Made by a program: the position numbers and the translations under genes
Part shown: positions 34,875-36,177 of the stretch, piece by piece
Position numbering within the stretch: position 1 is the first letter of the stretch
Layout of the letters: each line of letters opens with the position of its first letter
Notes under the pieces: model-generated
What the model was told of the DNA's origin: nothing
The model's database searches: none
Seen by the model: the letters and a program-made list of their open reading frames with translations, nothing else
NCBI GenBank assembly: GCA_044358425.1
Contig: CP054849.1
Span: 1,166,096 to 1,202,272 of the forward strand
Direction: 5' to 3'
DNA from: Marine Group I thaumarchaeote
GTDB taxonomy: Archaea > Thermoproteota > Nitrososphaeria > Nitrososphaerales > Nitrosopumilaceae
Length of the DNA: 36,177 nt

Positions 34875-36043
34875 GAAACAAATTCTTCAATCTTATTCAT
34901 TGCAGAATCTAAAATTTCAAGGCTTGGAAGATAAACAAGTCTAAAGTGTCCAGTGCCATATTGTTCCCCAAATCCAGATCCATGAACAGTTAGAACACCT
35001 TTTGATTCTAATAATTTTGTAACAAATTCTTTATCATTACCAAACCTATTATCCTCGATTTTAGGAAATGCATAAAATGCACCCTTAGGATTTGGACAAG
35101 AAAGTCCTGGCATTTCATTTAGTCGTTTAACAACTAGATCTCGATGTTTTTTCATTTCGGAAACAAAATTATTGATATAATTTTGTGATCCGCGTAAAGA
35201 TTCTAAAGCTGCATGTTGAACTGGAAGACTTGTTGCAATTCTCACCCTAGCAAGTTTTGGAAGATGTTCACGTATTGATTCAAGTTGAGGTGACTGATTA
35301 AATGCAATATATCCAATTCTCCATCCTGACATTAGATGAACTTTAGAAAAACCATTTAGAATAATGATAGGAGAATCACCAGCAACCTTTCCAATTCCTA
35401 CAAATTTATCATCAAAAATTATTTGATCGTAAATTTCGTCACAAATAATGTAAAGATTATGTTCATTAGCGATATCGACTAATTGTTTTAACGCATTTTC
35501 ATTAAATACAACTCCAGTAGGATTATTTGGACTGATTAAACAAATTGCAACAGTTTTAGATGTAATTTTAGACTTAATATCTTCAATATCCGGTGTTGAA
35601 TTATTTAGATCCACAGAAAATTCTACAGGAATTCCACCATGCAATCTAACATATGAAGCATATGGAGGATAATATGGTCCAGGTAAAAGTACTTCATCAC
35701 CTTCTTCAACAATTGAAGAAATCACCATATCAAGTCCTTCAGAAACACCATTTGTAATTAGAATGTCGTCAGCTGTGATAGAAAGTCCTTTTAGATTTTC
35801 TTTTTTTGCAATCTCTTCACGTAATTCTAAAAGACCCTCTGATGAAGAATAATAATTTTCGCCTTTATTGATAGAATCAATTAAAGCTTGTTTCACATTA
35901 TCAGGGGGTTGAAATCCAAATTGTACAGGATCACCAATATTTAGATAATCAACAGTCATGCCAGATTGTTCAACTTTTCTTGCAGCCAATACAATATCTC
36001 GAATTGCATATTCAACACCCATAACTTTCTTTGAAACTTTCAT
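34868..36043 (-). CDS. PLP-dependent class I/II aminotransferase (alanine aminotransferase-like)
   Basis: YAIRD, LNIGDP, PNNPTG, DEIYD, GFSK..MSGWRIG motifs. Confidence 0.93.
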   Translation of the reverse strand: MKVSKKVMGVEYAIRDIVLAARKVEQSGMTVDYLNIGDPVQFGFQPPDNVKQALIDSINKGENYYSSSEGLLELREEIAKKENLKGLSITADDILITNGVSEGLDMVISSIVEEGDEVLLPGPYYPPYASYVRLHGGIPVEFSVDLNNSTPDIEDIKSKITSKTVAICLISPNNPTGVVFNENALKQLVDIANEHNLYIICDEIYDQIIFDDKFVGIGKVAGDSPIIILNGFSKVHLMSGWRIGYIAFNQSPQLESIREHLPKLARVRIATSLPVQHAALESLRGSQNYINNFVSEMKKHRDLVVKRLNEMPGLSCPNPKGAFYAFPKIEDNRFGNDKEFVTKLLESKGVLTVHGSGFGEQYGTGHFRLVYLPSLEILDSAMNKIEEFVSQ

Positions 36044-36087
36044 TGTATCTAGACAGATATTTACACCTGTTAAAATCTTAATTGTTT

Positions 36088-36162
36088 GGACTCGTGGCTC
36101 AGCCTGGATAGAGCAAGCGGCTTCGAACCGCTAGGTCGAGGGTTCAAATCCCTTCGAGCCCT
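36088..36162 (+). tRNA. tRNA-Arg(TCG)
   Basis: AGCGG CTTCGAA CCGCT anticodon arm, GCTC/GAGC D-stem, GTTCAAATC T-loop; the acceptor GGACTCG/CGAGCCC has one mismatch. Confidence 0.9.
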
Positions 36163-36177
36163 TTAGATTATTTTATC

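Overview
AT-rich, gene-dense chromosomal segment of a marine ammonia-oxidising archaeon (Nitrosopumilus-like Thaumarchaeota). The assignment rests on the 4-hydroxybutyryl-CoA dehydratase/ADP-forming synthetase pair of the 3HP/4HB cycle, the cupredoxin-containing heme-copper oxidase cluster, a CFI-box-CTERM protein and frequent TTG starts. Most of the window is housekeeping: the rpl7ae-rps28e-rpl24e-ndk-aIF5B operon, phosphohexomutase, purU, lsm-rpl37e, rpiA, aspartokinase, ilvE, F420 enzymes and five intron-less tRNAs (Leu-TAG, Ala-CGC, Val-TAC, Lys-CTT, Arg-TCG). Three small genes missing from the ORF track were read by hand: a zinc-ribbon protein (506-652), rpl37e (7535-7702) and a Cys/His-rich protein (27009-27170). 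No transposase, integrase or CRISPR array is visible. The most notable uncharacterised items are: (i) a divergent SRPBCC+RHH-like regulator / His1 secreted protein pair with a 9-bp inverted repeat, next to the oxidase operon; (ii) a structured, GC-enriched intergenic element at 25618-25708; (iii) three double-zinc-ribbon proteins around a thioredoxin; (iv) an apparently split oxidase subunit II; (v) an accessory block at the tRNA-Val 3' end containing a Gln-ligated cupredoxin and a HAMP adenylate cyclase. All functional calls come from motif recognition; no searches were run.
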